From: Clostridia bacterium
Lineage (GTDB): Bacteria; Bacillota; Clostridia; Oscillospirales; CAG-272
Length of the DNA: 64,000 bases
Direction of reading: 5' to 3'
Assembly (NCBI GenBank): GCA_017504785.1
Contig: JAFVQL010000010.1
Coordinates: 25,165-89,164, forward strand
Shown: positions 26,381 through 35,428 of the stretch, piece by piece
How positions within the stretch are numbered: the first letter of the stretch is position 1
How the letters are laid out: every line of letters starts with the position of its first letter
Made by a program: the position numbers and the translations under genes
Notes under the pieces: model-generated
Told to the model about the DNA's origin: nothing
The model's input: the letters and a program-made list of their open reading frames with translations, nothing else
The model's database searches: none

Positions 26381-26678
26381 TTAAAACACCTCCTCCGACG
26401 GTACAGGACAGCTCCGTCGCAAGCAGTATCAGCTTCTCCTCAAGCAGGGCAAGATCCCTTCGTGCGGCCGCCACCTGTCGCGTCATGCGCGAAAGCGAGC
26501 GCTCCGTGATCGGCGCCTCCCCCAAAAACAGCATGGGAGCAACGAGCTCCCGAACGTTGAGCCGCACGTTCGCACTGCGGCTGTGATGCACCACGGTATG
26601 AATCTCCTTCTCAAGAGGAAAAAGCGAACCGAAAAATTCGCCGTCTTCATACGCAACCCATTCCGTAGGCAATGACAA
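26373..26678 (-). CDS. Hypothetical protein (101 aa), first gene of the repressor-divergent operon
   Basis: TTG start next to AAAGGAGAGA. It is transcribed from the operator-bearing minus-strand promoter. I recognised no motif. Confidence 0.55.
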   Translation of the reverse strand: MSLPTEWVAYEDGEFFGSLFPLEKEIHTVVHHSRSANVRLNVRELVAPMLFLGEAPITERSLSRMTRQVAAARRDLALLEEKLILLATELSCTVGGGVLNV

Positions 26679-26730
26679 TCTCTCCTTTCGTCACGTTTTT
26701 ATGTAACATTTGGCAAAGCAGTAACCTGTT

Positions 26731-26838
26731 ACGTGACTATAATAACATAGAATAAAGTCACTTGTCAAGCGAATTTTGTCGTTTTTCTCATTTTTTTCAA
26801 AAAAATCTATTGCATATTAAGTGACTTTATGGTAATAT
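26731..26838. promoter_or_regulatory. Divergent promoter pair with repeated operator AAGTGACTTTAT (CI/Cro-type switch region)
   Basis: Plus strand: TTGCAT (26810-26815), 17-nt spacer, TAATAT (26833-26838), with AAGTGACTTTAT at 26819-26830 inside the spacer. Minus strand: TTGACA (26768..26763) is followed immediately by AGTGACTTTAT (operator 26763..26752), then TATTAT (26744..26739). A third, 9/12 copy ACGTGACTATAA sits at 26731-26742 over the minus -10. The core AAGT-N-ACTT is itself palindromic. Confidence 0.65.
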
Positions 26839-26900
26839 AATGATATAGAAAAAAAGGCATCACAATATGCGATGCCCGAAAAAGAAAAGAGCGTGACAAA

Positions 26901-27512
26901 ATGATTTCGACAGAACTAAAGGCAAGGCGCAAGGCACTCGGGCTTACGCTGGAGGAGCTTGCGGAGCGCATCGGCACGAGCAAGCAAACCATTCACAGAT
27001 ACGAAAACGGACAGATCTCCAACATCCCCCCGGAGAAGGTGGAGGCGCTTGCGACTGCGCTTGAAACCACCCCCGCCGCACTCATGGGATGGGAGGGCGA
27101 AGCGGAGAATTTTAGGGAGATCCCTTCAAAGCGGCTTCCCCTCCTTGGGCGCATCGCGTGCGGACAGCCGATCTATGCCGCCAGCGAATACGGGAGCTTT
27201 TGCACGCCGGGGGGAGATATCGATGCGGATTTCTGCCTCGCCGCCAGCGGAGATTCCATGATCGGTGCGCGCATTTTTGACGGCGACATCGTTTTTATCC
27301 GCGCGCAGGACATGGTGGAAAACGGAGAGATCGCCGCCGTCGTGATCGAGGATGAGGCGACCTTAAAGCGCGTGTATTTCTACCCTGAAAAAAGCAAGCT
27401 GATCCTCTCGCCCGAGAATCCCAAATACGAGCCTTTGGTGTTCATCGGAGAAGAGCTGAATGCAGTTAAAATTCTTGGAAAAGCGGTGGCATATCAAAGT
27501 CGCCTGCTTTAA
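26901..27512 (+). CDS. XRE-family HTH repressor with a C-terminal S24 (LexA/CI/UmuD-type) autopeptidase domain
   Basis: 203 aa. The HTH is LTLEELAERIGTSKQTIHRYENG. The cleavage-site region is LLGRIACGQP, Cys-Gly as in UmuD. The catalytic Ser lies in ASGDSM and the catalytic Lys in EATLKRV. Confidence 0.88.
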   Translation: MISTELKARRKALGLTLEELAERIGTSKQTIHRYENGQISNIPPEKVEALATALETTPAALMGWEGEAENFREIPSKRLPLLGRIACGQPIYAASEYGSFCTPGGDIDADFCLAASGDSMIGARIFDGDIVFIRAQDMVENGEIAAVVIEDEATLKRVYFYPEKSKLILSPENPKYEPLVFIGEELNAVKILGKAVAYQSRLL

Positions 27513-28572
27513 ATGCCAATAATACGTTGCAAATCATTTCGCTGGGAGAGCCGTGACGGCTCTCCTTTGCTTTTTTCTTCGGATGCAAAAGAAGCTCCGA
27601 TGCGAGCGCAAGAATGCGCGAAGGCTCCGTGCCCCCAAGCAGAATATCGCCCGCGAGAAGCTCGCTTTCCCGCTCCGTATTATCACGCAGAACCAGCGTA
27701 GGGATCCCGAGGATCGCCGCCTCCTCCTGCACACCGCCCGAATCCGTCAGCACCAAGGGTGCGGCGGCAAGCGCGCCGTAAAATTCCTTTACTCCCATAG
27801 GCGGCACGAGAGAGATGCTCTGCGCGCCCGCAAGCGCAAACGCCGCGATCCGCTGCACGCGCGGGCTTGGATGCACGGGATACAAGATCGAATACGTTGG
27901 AAAACGCTCCGAAAGCATCCGCACCGCCGAATAGATTTCACGCATCTTCACCTCGCTATGCTCGCGGCGATGGAGCGTAAAAAGAATTGTCTTCCCCGCT
28001 TTTGGCTTTTTTTCAAGTAGCATGTGCACCGCATCCTCCACCGTGTTTCCCAAAAGGAAGATCCTTTTTCGAGGGACACCCTCGGAGAGAAGATGCTCCA
28101 TGGCAGCGGGTGTTGGCGCGATATGGAAAAGCGCCATAGATGCGATGCTCCTTCGAAAGCTTTCCTCGGGAAACGGAGAAAACGCATCTTTCGAGCGGAG
28201 CCCCGCCTCAACGTGCAAGATCGGGATACGAAGCAAAAAAGCGGAAAGCGCGGCGGCATAGGCCGTTGCCGTATCGCCTTGCACGATCACTGTCTCGGGG
28301 CGGACTTCTCTAAACACGCCGCCGAATATAGAAAGCAAATGCGAAAGCATTGCGGGCAGATCCTCTCCGAAATGCATGGGAGGAAGCGCAATATCCGCCC
28401 GTTCCCCGAATGCATCCAACACACCGGAAAGCAGATCTGCATGCTGCCCCGAAAGAATGACAAATGGGGAAAGAGCGCGCCCTCGCATCGCCTTGACAAG
28501 CGGCAAAAGCTTGATCCCCTCCGGTCTCGTGCCGATCACCACGGCGATCTTTTCGCATTGCTTTTTTTGCAT
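27466..28572 (-). CDS. wecB: UDP-N-acetylglucosamine 2-epimerase (non-hydrolysing)
   Basis: 368 aa. Motifs: VVIGTRPEGIKLLPL, VQGDTATA, LTDSGGVQEEA. Its 3' end overlaps the convergent repressor gene by 47 bp. Confidence 0.92.
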   Translation of the reverse strand: MQKKQCEKIAVVIGTRPEGIKLLPLVKAMRGRALSPFVILSGQHADLLSGVLDAFGERADIALPPMHFGEDLPAMLSHLLSIFGGVFREVRPETVIVQGDTATAYAAALSAFLLRIPILHVEAGLRSKDAFSPFPEESFRRSIASMALFHIAPTPAAMEHLLSEGVPRKRIFLLGNTVEDAVHMLLEKKPKAGKTILFTLHRREHSEVKMREIYSAVRMLSERFPTYSILYPVHPSPRVQRIAAFALAGAQSISLVPPMGVKEFYGALAAAPLVLTDSGGVQEEAAILGIPTLVLRDNTERESELLAGDILLGGTEPSRILALASELLLHPKKKAKESRHGSPSEMICNVLLAFKAGDFDMPPLFQEF

Positions 28573-28633
28573 CCGATTCTCCCCCGCTTTTTACTTTATA
28601 GAGTATATAATTTATACAGTATATAATATGAAG

Positions 28634-28677
28634 AGAATATATAAAAATCACCTGTTGCCCGAAAGCAACAGGTGATT
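28634..28677 (-). terminator. Terminator after the 1007-aa secreted-protein gene
   Basis: The 13-bp stem AATCACCTGTTGC / GCAACAGGTGATT (28646-28677) is followed on the minus strand by TTTTTATATATT. Confidence 0.8.
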
Positions 28678-28695
28678 TGTTTTTTAATGAAGGAA

Positions 28696-31600
28696 TTATT
28701 CAGCCACAGCATCGTAACGAGCGATGATGTCACACTCAATACCGTAGACCTTTGCCGTCTCTTCGACTGCAGTCCAAGCATAGCCCGCTGCTGCTGCGAA
28801 GAGCTCTGCATTTGCCGCAATGCCGCTGATCTCAACGGTTGCACCTGCCTCTGCCTTGTAGAAGTCACCCTCTACAACGAACACACCGCCGGCAATCTTG
28901 AATGCGGAAGCGGAATCCAAAGTTGCAAGCATCTTGCCGTAGTAACCGAGGTTTTCACCGTCGATCTCAAGCGTTGCGCCGTTCTTCAGCGTGAATGCCT
29001 GTGCAAGATCAGAGCCGAAGGCCGCGCCTTCTCTCGAGGAATAGATCTTCAGCGATCCGCCGTTAATCTCATTGATGCCGAGGATAGGAATCGCATAACC
29101 GTTCAGATCCAATACATAGTCTGCCTTAAGAACAAGGTTTTCAATGCTGAATACATTCTTCTTACCGATTGCGAACGTAGTTCCGTCCTCATACTCGCCG
29201 GACAGCATCAAAGCCGTCAGATCCGCAGGATCGGTGTAAGGATCGCAAGAGCCATCGGGCTTCACAGCCACAAGATAGAAGCTCATAGAATCGTAGAAGG
29301 GAGTCACTTCAATGGTCAAGCCTACCCACGCCGCATCGACCACGTTGCCCTTCTTATCCACGCCCTCTGCCGCAAACGCATAGGTTCTGTTGGTGGAGTG
29401 ACGATAGAAGAGCTTTGCATCGTAATAATCGGCGTAATCATAGTATACAGTCTCGCCCGCAGCAACGTACTCCTTTACGTCCTCTGCCCATACGAGCAGT
29501 ACAACGTCAAGTGCATCGGCTACAAGGTAATTCGCATCAGCGGAAGCATCGCCTACCGCTACCGTCTGCTTTTTAGCAGCAATCACGAGAGCCGCATCTG
29601 CCAAGGAAACACCCTCGGGAAGAGTCGCGCCCGCGAAGGAATTCGAATAGGTCAATGCAAGACCCTTGGAAAGAACCACGGTGGATTTTTCGGAAGCGGG
29701 AATCTTCACGCCGAGGATCGCACCGCCAAGAGTTACTTCATAAGTACGAGCCGCATCCGCAAGGAGCGCATCCTTTGCGATCACGGTTGCATCGATATCG
29801 GCATTGATGCTTGCGCCTGCGCCGAGATCAAGAACGTAATTACCGGAAAGAACGAACGAACCGCCGTTGATCACAACGTCACTGATACTTGCGTTAACCT
29901 TGACAAGGGAAGCTGCCTTTGCAAGAACGTTTGCGCCGTCAAGGGTGAAGCCGCAAGCAGCCTCGAATACGGAGGTGCTGCCCGTGATAACGGCACCCTC
30001 CTTGGAAGAGGTGATCACCGCGCCCTGTGCATCTGCGGAGAGCAGGAACGCGCTTGCGCCCTTAACCGTCAGATCAAAGCCTGCAAGATCCAGCGTGATC
30101 GGTGCGTTGATCGCAAGAGGAGCACTAAGGGATACATCGCCAAGGAGCGTCACTACGGAGCCCGACGTTGCCCCTGCGATAAGAGACGCAACGTCTTCCT
30201 TTTTCGTAACGAACTCAACCACTCCCTCAGCATCCTCGATCATCGCATATACGGGTGATTCGGTCTTGAATTCGGGGAACAGCACGTAGTAAGAGTTGAT
30301 CGCAGAAGTGGGAACCGAGGTAAGCACGGCGCCTTCCACGCTGTACAGATGCCAATTGCCGGTAAAGGTATAAAGAATACCGTCAAGGTAATACTGCCGT
30401 TTGAACTCTTCGCCATCATATACAATGGGAGAATCTACCAAAAGAGGCGTATATCCTCTGGAATCAAACACCTCACCGGTATGATCCACAGCCCATTTAT
30501 AGAAAGCATACTTTGTCTTTTTAATGAAGTTGAGCTCCGTCGAAGCCACACCCGTCAAGGGGTTCACACGAACGACCTCTTCCGTTCGGAGACTGGGACT
30601 CAACGTATAATCAAAGGCATAACCGCCAACCTCAACACGCAGAGGCTCCTGGATGGATGCATCCTCGATGGGTGCAAGAAGAACAACCTTTGATCCGGAA
30701 CGGGTAGCCGCATATTTCACAGCCTTATCGAAACGGTCGTAAGCCACTTCGTTACCGCTCATTTCAACTACCTTGCACTTGGGTTCTCCGGGAGGATAGG
30801 GATAATCTGCATTATATTTAATGAAGGGATATTCTACCGCGTGCAGATCGGGGAATGCACCGCCGTTCTGGGTTCTGTATCTAAAGAATTCGCGAAGCTC
30901 GCGGCTCTCCTCGTACTGCGCGATATAAATATTATCCACGTTCAGATGCTGAGGGCCCGAAAAACTGGAGCCGGAAACACGGAACGCTCTGAAGTAAGTC
31001 GAGTTCGCGCTCCAGAAAACGCTCAGGTTGCTACCGGTGATAACCGTGTCACCGATCAAGAACTTTGCAAACAGCTGACCGTCAATGTAAGCGTATCCCT
31101 CGGTTCCGTCCGCTAACTGGTTGGTCGACAAAGCATCGGAGACCATGTTTTTTGTTGGGCCGCCAACCTTCACGACGATAGTCATGTGATACCATCTATT
31201 GTTCTCGGGGATAAACTCGTAGCTACCCTTTATACCAAGGATAGAGTCATTGGCAACAAAGCGCGCTTCGGAATCCACCAATTCTTTGCCGTTCATCTCC
31301 TTACGAAGCGTGAACCACATATCTCTGTTGGCCAAGTTTTGGTGGTTTCCGACGTCCCAACCCATACCGATGGATGAAATCGAGGCCCAGTCGTCTGCCA
31401 TGAAGTCGTAGTCGGTGACAAGGTAATCACCCTTACCGAGGAAGCCATACTTACTTGCACCGAAGTCGATGTAAGTGGTTTCTTTGTTGAGATCTCCGGT
31501 ATTTCCGGGGAAATCCATCGAGTAGTACTTATTACCGTACTTCTCTTCCACGTTGGCGCTGGCGCCGCCCGCTTCCTTATCCGCCTTCTTGCTACCGTCA

Positions 31601-31719
31601 TAATCAGCGAGAACCTTCACAGGCTCTGCCGCAGCCGCAGCGGAGGAAACGATTGCTCCTATGCCCACGAGCATAGAGACCAGCACGCTCATGATTAAAA
31701 ATTTTTGCAGTTTTTTCAT
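28696..31719 (-). CDS. Large secreted protein: signal peptide, LamG/concanavalin-like N-terminal region, beta-helix-like repeats; function unknown
   Basis: 1007 aa with RBS TAGGAGA. The signal peptide is MKKLQKFLIMSVLVSMLVGIGAIVSSAAAAA. NRWYHMTIVVKVGG...AYIDGQLF is lectin/LamG-like. Gly/Ala/Val-rich ITLDLAGFDLTVKGA-type repeats follow. There is no LPXTG, SLH or choline-binding anchor. Confidence 0.8.
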   Translation of the reverse strand: MKKLQKFLIMSVLVSMLVGIGAIVSSAAAAAEPVKVLADYDGSKKADKEAGGASANVEEKYGNKYYSMDFPGNTGDLNKETTYIDFGASKYGFLGKGDYLVTDYDFMADDWASISSIGMGWDVGNHQNLANRDMWFTLRKEMNGKELVDSEARFVANDSILGIKGSYEFIPENNRWYHMTIVVKVGGPTKNMVSDALSTNQLADGTEGYAYIDGQLFAKFLIGDTVITGSNLSVFWSANSTYFRAFRVSGSSFSGPQHLNVDNIYIAQYEESRELREFFRYRTQNGGAFPDLHAVEYPFIKYNADYPYPPGEPKCKVVEMSGNEVAYDRFDKAVKYAATRSGSKVVLLAPIEDASIQEPLRVEVGGYAFDYTLSPSLRTEEVVRVNPLTGVASTELNFIKKTKYAFYKWAVDHTGEVFDSRGYTPLLVDSPIVYDGEEFKRQYYLDGILYTFTGNWHLYSVEGAVLTSVPTSAINSYYVLFPEFKTESPVYAMIEDAEGVVEFVTKKEDVASLIAGATSGSVVTLLGDVSLSAPLAINAPITLDLAGFDLTVKGASAFLLSADAQGAVITSSKEGAVITGSTSVFEAACGFTLDGANVLAKAASLVKVNASISDVVINGGSFVLSGNYVLDLGAGASINADIDATVIAKDALLADAARTYEVTLGGAILGVKIPASEKSTVVLSKGLALTYSNSFAGATLPEGVSLADAALVIAAKKQTVAVGDASADANYLVADALDVVLLVWAEDVKEYVAAGETVYYDYADYYDAKLFYRHSTNRTYAFAAEGVDKKGNVVDAAWVGLTIEVTPFYDSMSFYLVAVKPDGSCDPYTDPADLTALMLSGEYEDGTTFAIGKKNVFSIENLVLKADYVLDLNGYAIPILGINEINGGSLKIYSSREGAAFGSDLAQAFTLKNGATLEIDGENLGYYGKMLATLDSASAFKIAGGVFVVEGDFYKAEAGATVEISGIAANAELFAAAAGYAWTAVEETAKVYGIECDIIARYDAVAE

Positions 31720-31883
31720 ACAATTCTCCTATGTATATAAAACTTTTATGAAAAACGAGGGAAATAAAAAATGGGTATACTGACTGCATGATATATTTTA
31801 CATATATATTATAGCACACGCATCTTTATTTTTCCATAGGCAAAAAAGACGATTTTATAAAAAGAATTATATGCAACATACAC

Positions 31884-31922
31884 AAAATGACCCGCCGCCG
31901 AAAAACGGCAGCAGGTCATTTT
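31884..31922 (-). terminator. Probable terminator after the capD-like gene
   Basis: A 17-bp stem. Its two imperfect positions are G-U wobbles on the minus-strand RNA but C-A mismatches on the plus strand, which argues for function on the minus strand. The downstream U-tract is weak. Confidence 0.5.
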
Positions 31923-31940
31923 CTTTGGGCAGTCGCAAAA

Positions 31941-33872
31941 TCAATTCTCCGAATGCACCATCTGCATTTCGGCGGCCTTGGCGGCAACCTTATTCACGGT
32001 TTCCGGCGCATGGAAGGTGGGAACCACCTGCTTCATCGCCTCGGTTACCGCGATGGCACCGATCTCGCCCTGATGCGCGTCCACAGCGGCACGAAGAATA
32101 TCGAGCTTTTCGTCCACCTCTTTTCGGGTATAGGGCGTATCCTTTTCGATGAAGATCATGTTGTTTTCCGTTTTATCCAGCGTTTCGGTCTTGATCAGAA
32201 GCTCCTCATACAGCTTCTCACCCGGACGGAGTCCGGTCTCAACGATATCAATATCGCGGTACGGCACGAGGCCCGAGAGACGGACCATGTTTTCCGCAAG
32301 ATCCAGAATGCGAACGGGCTTGCCCATATCCAAAACGAAGAGCTCACCGCGCTTCGCCATCGCGCCCGCCTGCATAACGAGACCCGATGCCTCGGGAATG
32401 GTCATAAAGTAACGGATGACGCGCTTGTCCGTGATCGTGATCGGGCCGCCCGACTCGATCTGGCGGCGGAAGAGCGGAATGACCGATCCGTTCGAGCCGA
32501 GAACGTTACCAAAGCGAACCGCGGCAAACGCAGTTTCGCTATCCTGCCTGCACTGCACGATCATCTCACACACGCGCTTGGACGCGCCCATGACATTGGT
32601 GGGATTCACCGCCTTGTCCGTGGACACGAGAATAAACTTCTTAACACCGTATTTTTCCGCCATATCGGCCGTATTGTAGGTGCCGAGGCAGTTGTTTTTG
32701 ATCGCTTCCTGATTGCTATGCTCCATCAGCGGCACGTGCTTATGCGCCGCGGCGTGGAACACGATGTCGGGACGGTAGTGTGCAAACACCGCCTCAAGGC
32801 GCGCACGCTCACGCACAGAGCCGATCTCTACCGAAAGATTCAGCTTATCGCCGTGGCGGCGGATAAGCTCCTGCTGAATGTCGTAAGCGTTGTTTTCGTA
32901 GATATCAAATATGATAAGGCGTGCAGGCAAAAGCCTTGCGATCTGACGGCAAAGCTCGCTTCCGATCGAGCCGCCGCCGCCCGTAACGAGTACGGTCTTG
33001 CCCGCATAAAAGGCCTTGGTCGCTTCGTCGTTTACCTTCAAAGAATCACGGAACAAAAGATCCTCGATACGCATCTGGCGCAGAACGCGGCGATCGCTCT
33101 CGGTATCCAGTCCGTGCGCGGACGCTTCCTTGATCGGGAAATCGTAGAGCTTGACCTTACAGCCCGTGCGACTGTAAAACTCGTGTATCTCACGTGCCAT
33201 CTCACTCGTCAAAGAAGGGACGGCAATAAAGATCTCTGCCACGGGCAGCGTTCGGATCAGCTCGATCGTTTGCTCGCTCTCGGGATATACCTTGATGCCG
33301 GCAACGCGATTGCCGATCTTATCCGCGCTGCGATCGATAAAGCAAATGGGATAATAGTGCGAGCGCGCGTTGCAAACGAGCTCCTCCGCAAGGAGCGCAC
33401 CTACGGTGCCCGCACCGACGATGGCAACGCAGATCTTATTGCGAAGCGGACCGCCTCGGTGAAAATAACGGTAACCCTGCTGATATACAAGGCGCGAAAG
33501 GATCGTCACGATCGCCGTACCGGTAATGATGCCGGTGCTCGCCTGCATACCGAGATCCGTAGCCGCAAAGGGCGCCGTGATCGTCACAGCCAAAAGGCCG
33601 CCGAAAAAGTCCGCCAAGATCACCATAAGGAACGAATGCGTATTCGCATAGCGCCACACGTTGAAATACACCATGAAAAGCAGGCGCGAGGCGAACATAC
33701 ATGCATAGAAAAGCAGACCGCAGAGCACGTAGCCGATCGGCTCCAAGGCAGTCTCCGTCCCCGCGATCGAATGAAAGAGCGCGGAAAGCACGTAAACTCC
33801 CGCAAAGATAATGCTGTCGATGATATAGAGGATGACCTTTCTGCGTTTTTTGAAGAAATCAAAAAAATCCAT
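31941..33872 (-). CDS. Membrane-bound polysaccharide biosynthesis NDP-sugar 4,6-dehydratase/epimerase (CapD/WbpM/PglF family)
   Basis: ORF 31941..33896. The likely start is ATG 33872 (MDFFDFFKKRRK), which has GAGAGG upstream. Four N-terminal TM helices precede LVTGGGGSIGSEL, VFHAAAHKHVP and STDKAVNPTNVMGASKR. Confidence 0.92.
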   Translation of the reverse strand: MDFFDFFKKRRKVILYIIDSIIFAGVYVLSALFHSIAGTETALEPIGYVLCGLLFYACMFASRLLFMVYFNVWRYANTHSFLMVILADFFGGLLAVTITAPFAATDLGMQASTGIITGTAIVTILSRLVYQQGYRYFHRGGPLRNKICVAIVGAGTVGALLAEELVCNARSHYYPICFIDRSADKIGNRVAGIKVYPESEQTIELIRTLPVAEIFIAVPSLTSEMAREIHEFYSRTGCKVKLYDFPIKEASAHGLDTESDRRVLRQMRIEDLLFRDSLKVNDEATKAFYAGKTVLVTGGGGSIGSELCRQIARLLPARLIIFDIYENNAYDIQQELIRRHGDKLNLSVEIGSVRERARLEAVFAHYRPDIVFHAAAHKHVPLMEHSNQEAIKNNCLGTYNTADMAEKYGVKKFILVSTDKAVNPTNVMGASKRVCEMIVQCRQDSETAFAAVRFGNVLGSNGSVIPLFRRQIESGGPITITDKRVIRYFMTIPEASGLVMQAGAMAKRGELFVLDMGKPVRILDLAENMVRLSGLVPYRDIDIVETGLRPGEKLYEELLIKTETLDKTENNMIFIEKDTPYTRKEVDEKLDILRAAVDAHQGEIGAIAVTEAMKQVVPTFHAPETVNKVAAKAAEMQMVHSEN

Positions 33873-34048
33873 ATAGCCTCTCAAAAATTCGCGCAAAGGA
33901 ACTTGCGCGTGATAAAATGCTCAAAAATGTACGAGCACAATTGTCATTATACCATACATCCTTTAAGATGTCAAGTTTTTTCGTTTCCAATCGCCGAGAA
34001 GCAAAAAAAAGGCCCGCATCTTTCGCTTCTGCGATAGAATACGGACCG

Positions 34049-35347
34049 TTAATTCTGTTTTTTGCCATCGGACGGCGCAAAGCCGTCGCGAAGATAAGAG
34101 GAGAGCACGGCGGCATCCAGCTTCTTTTTGTTTCCCTTCACGGTCAGCGAAAGATTTTCTATGGAAAACACCTCTTTCGCCACCTCGCGAATGCGCTCTC
34201 CCGTGACGGCACGGTACGCCTCCACACGATCCGAAAGGCATCGGTACGGAAGCCCCAAAATGTGGGCATCGTAGGAAAATGTAAAGTTCAGTTCCCGCGC
34301 ATCATCGTAGAGAAGGAATGCGTTATCCACGTACGGTGCTTTGATCAAATCCTCTTCTTTGCAAACATTTGTTTTCAAATCATTCAAAATTTCAAGAACG
34401 ACCGCAATAGATTCCTTCACATCTTTTTCTTTTATCTCGAAGGAAAAATAAAAAAGTCCCGCGTTTTTATAACGGTCGATACCGCCGCTGATATCGTAAA
34501 ACAGACCGCGCTTTTCGCTCATTTCGACAAAGAAGCGAGCACCGTAGCCCGACAAGAGAAGATCATAAAGCAGATCAAGCTCCGCTGATTTTACGCGCGA
34601 CATATCCACGTCGAAATTAAAGCGAAGCATCGTAAAATCCGCGCCTTTCAAAAAGACCGCGCCGCCGCGCCGCCCGAAGCTTTGCGGAAGAAGGGGCAGA
34701 GATTCTCTTTTTTCTCCGCGCGGCAATGCATATTTTTCGACCGTTTGCAAAAGAGAGGAGATCTCTCCTTCTCCCACGGCACCCGTCGCGTAGAAAAAGA
34801 GATTTTCCGTCTCGAAGATGCTTTTCCTGTACGCCTCCAGCTTGCGTCCCGTGATGGAAGACACCGAACGAAGCGTTCCCACGATCGGATTTTTCAAAGG
34901 ACTGTCGGGATACAAGGAGCAAAGCGTGAATGTCGCAAGAGAGTTTTTTTCATCTCCCTCGCGGATCTCAGCCTTGATGCGGAGTCTCTCGAGATCGATC
35001 TCGGATCTCGGAAGAGATATCTCCGAAAAAACGCGGCAAAGGATCTCGGCGCCCTTGGCAAAATGCTCCCTTGCGCCGCTGACGTAAAAATGCACCATCT
35101 CGTTAAACGTAGCGGCATTGAATTCCAGACCGAAGCGATCCAGCTCGGCATAAAGCCTCTCGCCCATCCGATGATGGATATTGCGGATCGCGATATGCTC
35201 AAGAAAATGCGTGATGCCGCTCTCGCTCTCCTTTTCGTAGATGCTGCCCGCGCGCACGAACAGTGAGAGATAGAAGCCGTGCTGTGCGAGATTTTCAAAT
35301 GCATAGATCCTTACTCCGTTTTTGGCGACATATTCCTTTTCCCGCAT
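34049..35347 (-). CDS. M16 (pitrilysin/insulinase) family zinc peptidase
   Basis: 432 aa with the inverted zinc motif HFLEH (GITHFLEHIAI) and RBS AGGAG. Confidence 0.88.
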   Translation of the reverse strand: MREKEYVAKNGVRIYAFENLAQHGFYLSLFVRAGSIYEKESESGITHFLEHIAIRNIHHRMGERLYAELDRFGLEFNAATFNEMVHFYVSGAREHFAKGAEILCRVFSEISLPRSEIDLERLRIKAEIREGDEKNSLATFTLCSLYPDSPLKNPIVGTLRSVSSITGRKLEAYRKSIFETENLFFYATGAVGEGEISSLLQTVEKYALPRGEKRESLPLLPQSFGRRGGAVFLKGADFTMLRFNFDVDMSRVKSAELDLLYDLLLSGYGARFFVEMSEKRGLFYDISGGIDRYKNAGLFYFSFEIKEKDVKESIAVVLEILNDLKTNVCKEEDLIKAPYVDNAFLLYDDARELNFTFSYDAHILGLPYRCLSDRVEAYRAVTGERIREVAKEVFSIENLSLTVKGNKKKLDAAVLSSYLRDGFAPSDGKKQN

Positions 35348-35428
35348 CGCATGCTCCTTTCTTTGCTGTTCCGGAGGGCGGCAAAAGCCAAAAGTCCTGC
35401 CACCCTCGATTCTTATATTACAATAAAT

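Noticed and set aside
28672-30258. 528-aa + strand ORF
   Set aside because: It is antisense to the 1007-aa secreted-protein gene, which has a signal peptide, an RBS and a terminator. The + ORF is Cys/Arg-rich with no start context.
31887-34037. 716-aa + strand ORF, longer than any annotated gene on that stretch
   Set aside because: It is the antisense shadow of the CapD-like gene on the minus strand, which carries unambiguous motifs (LVTGGGGSIGSEL, STDKAVNPTNVMGASKR). The + ORF is Arg/His/Leu-rich low-complexity sequence with no RBS. Long antisense ORFs are expected at this GC content.
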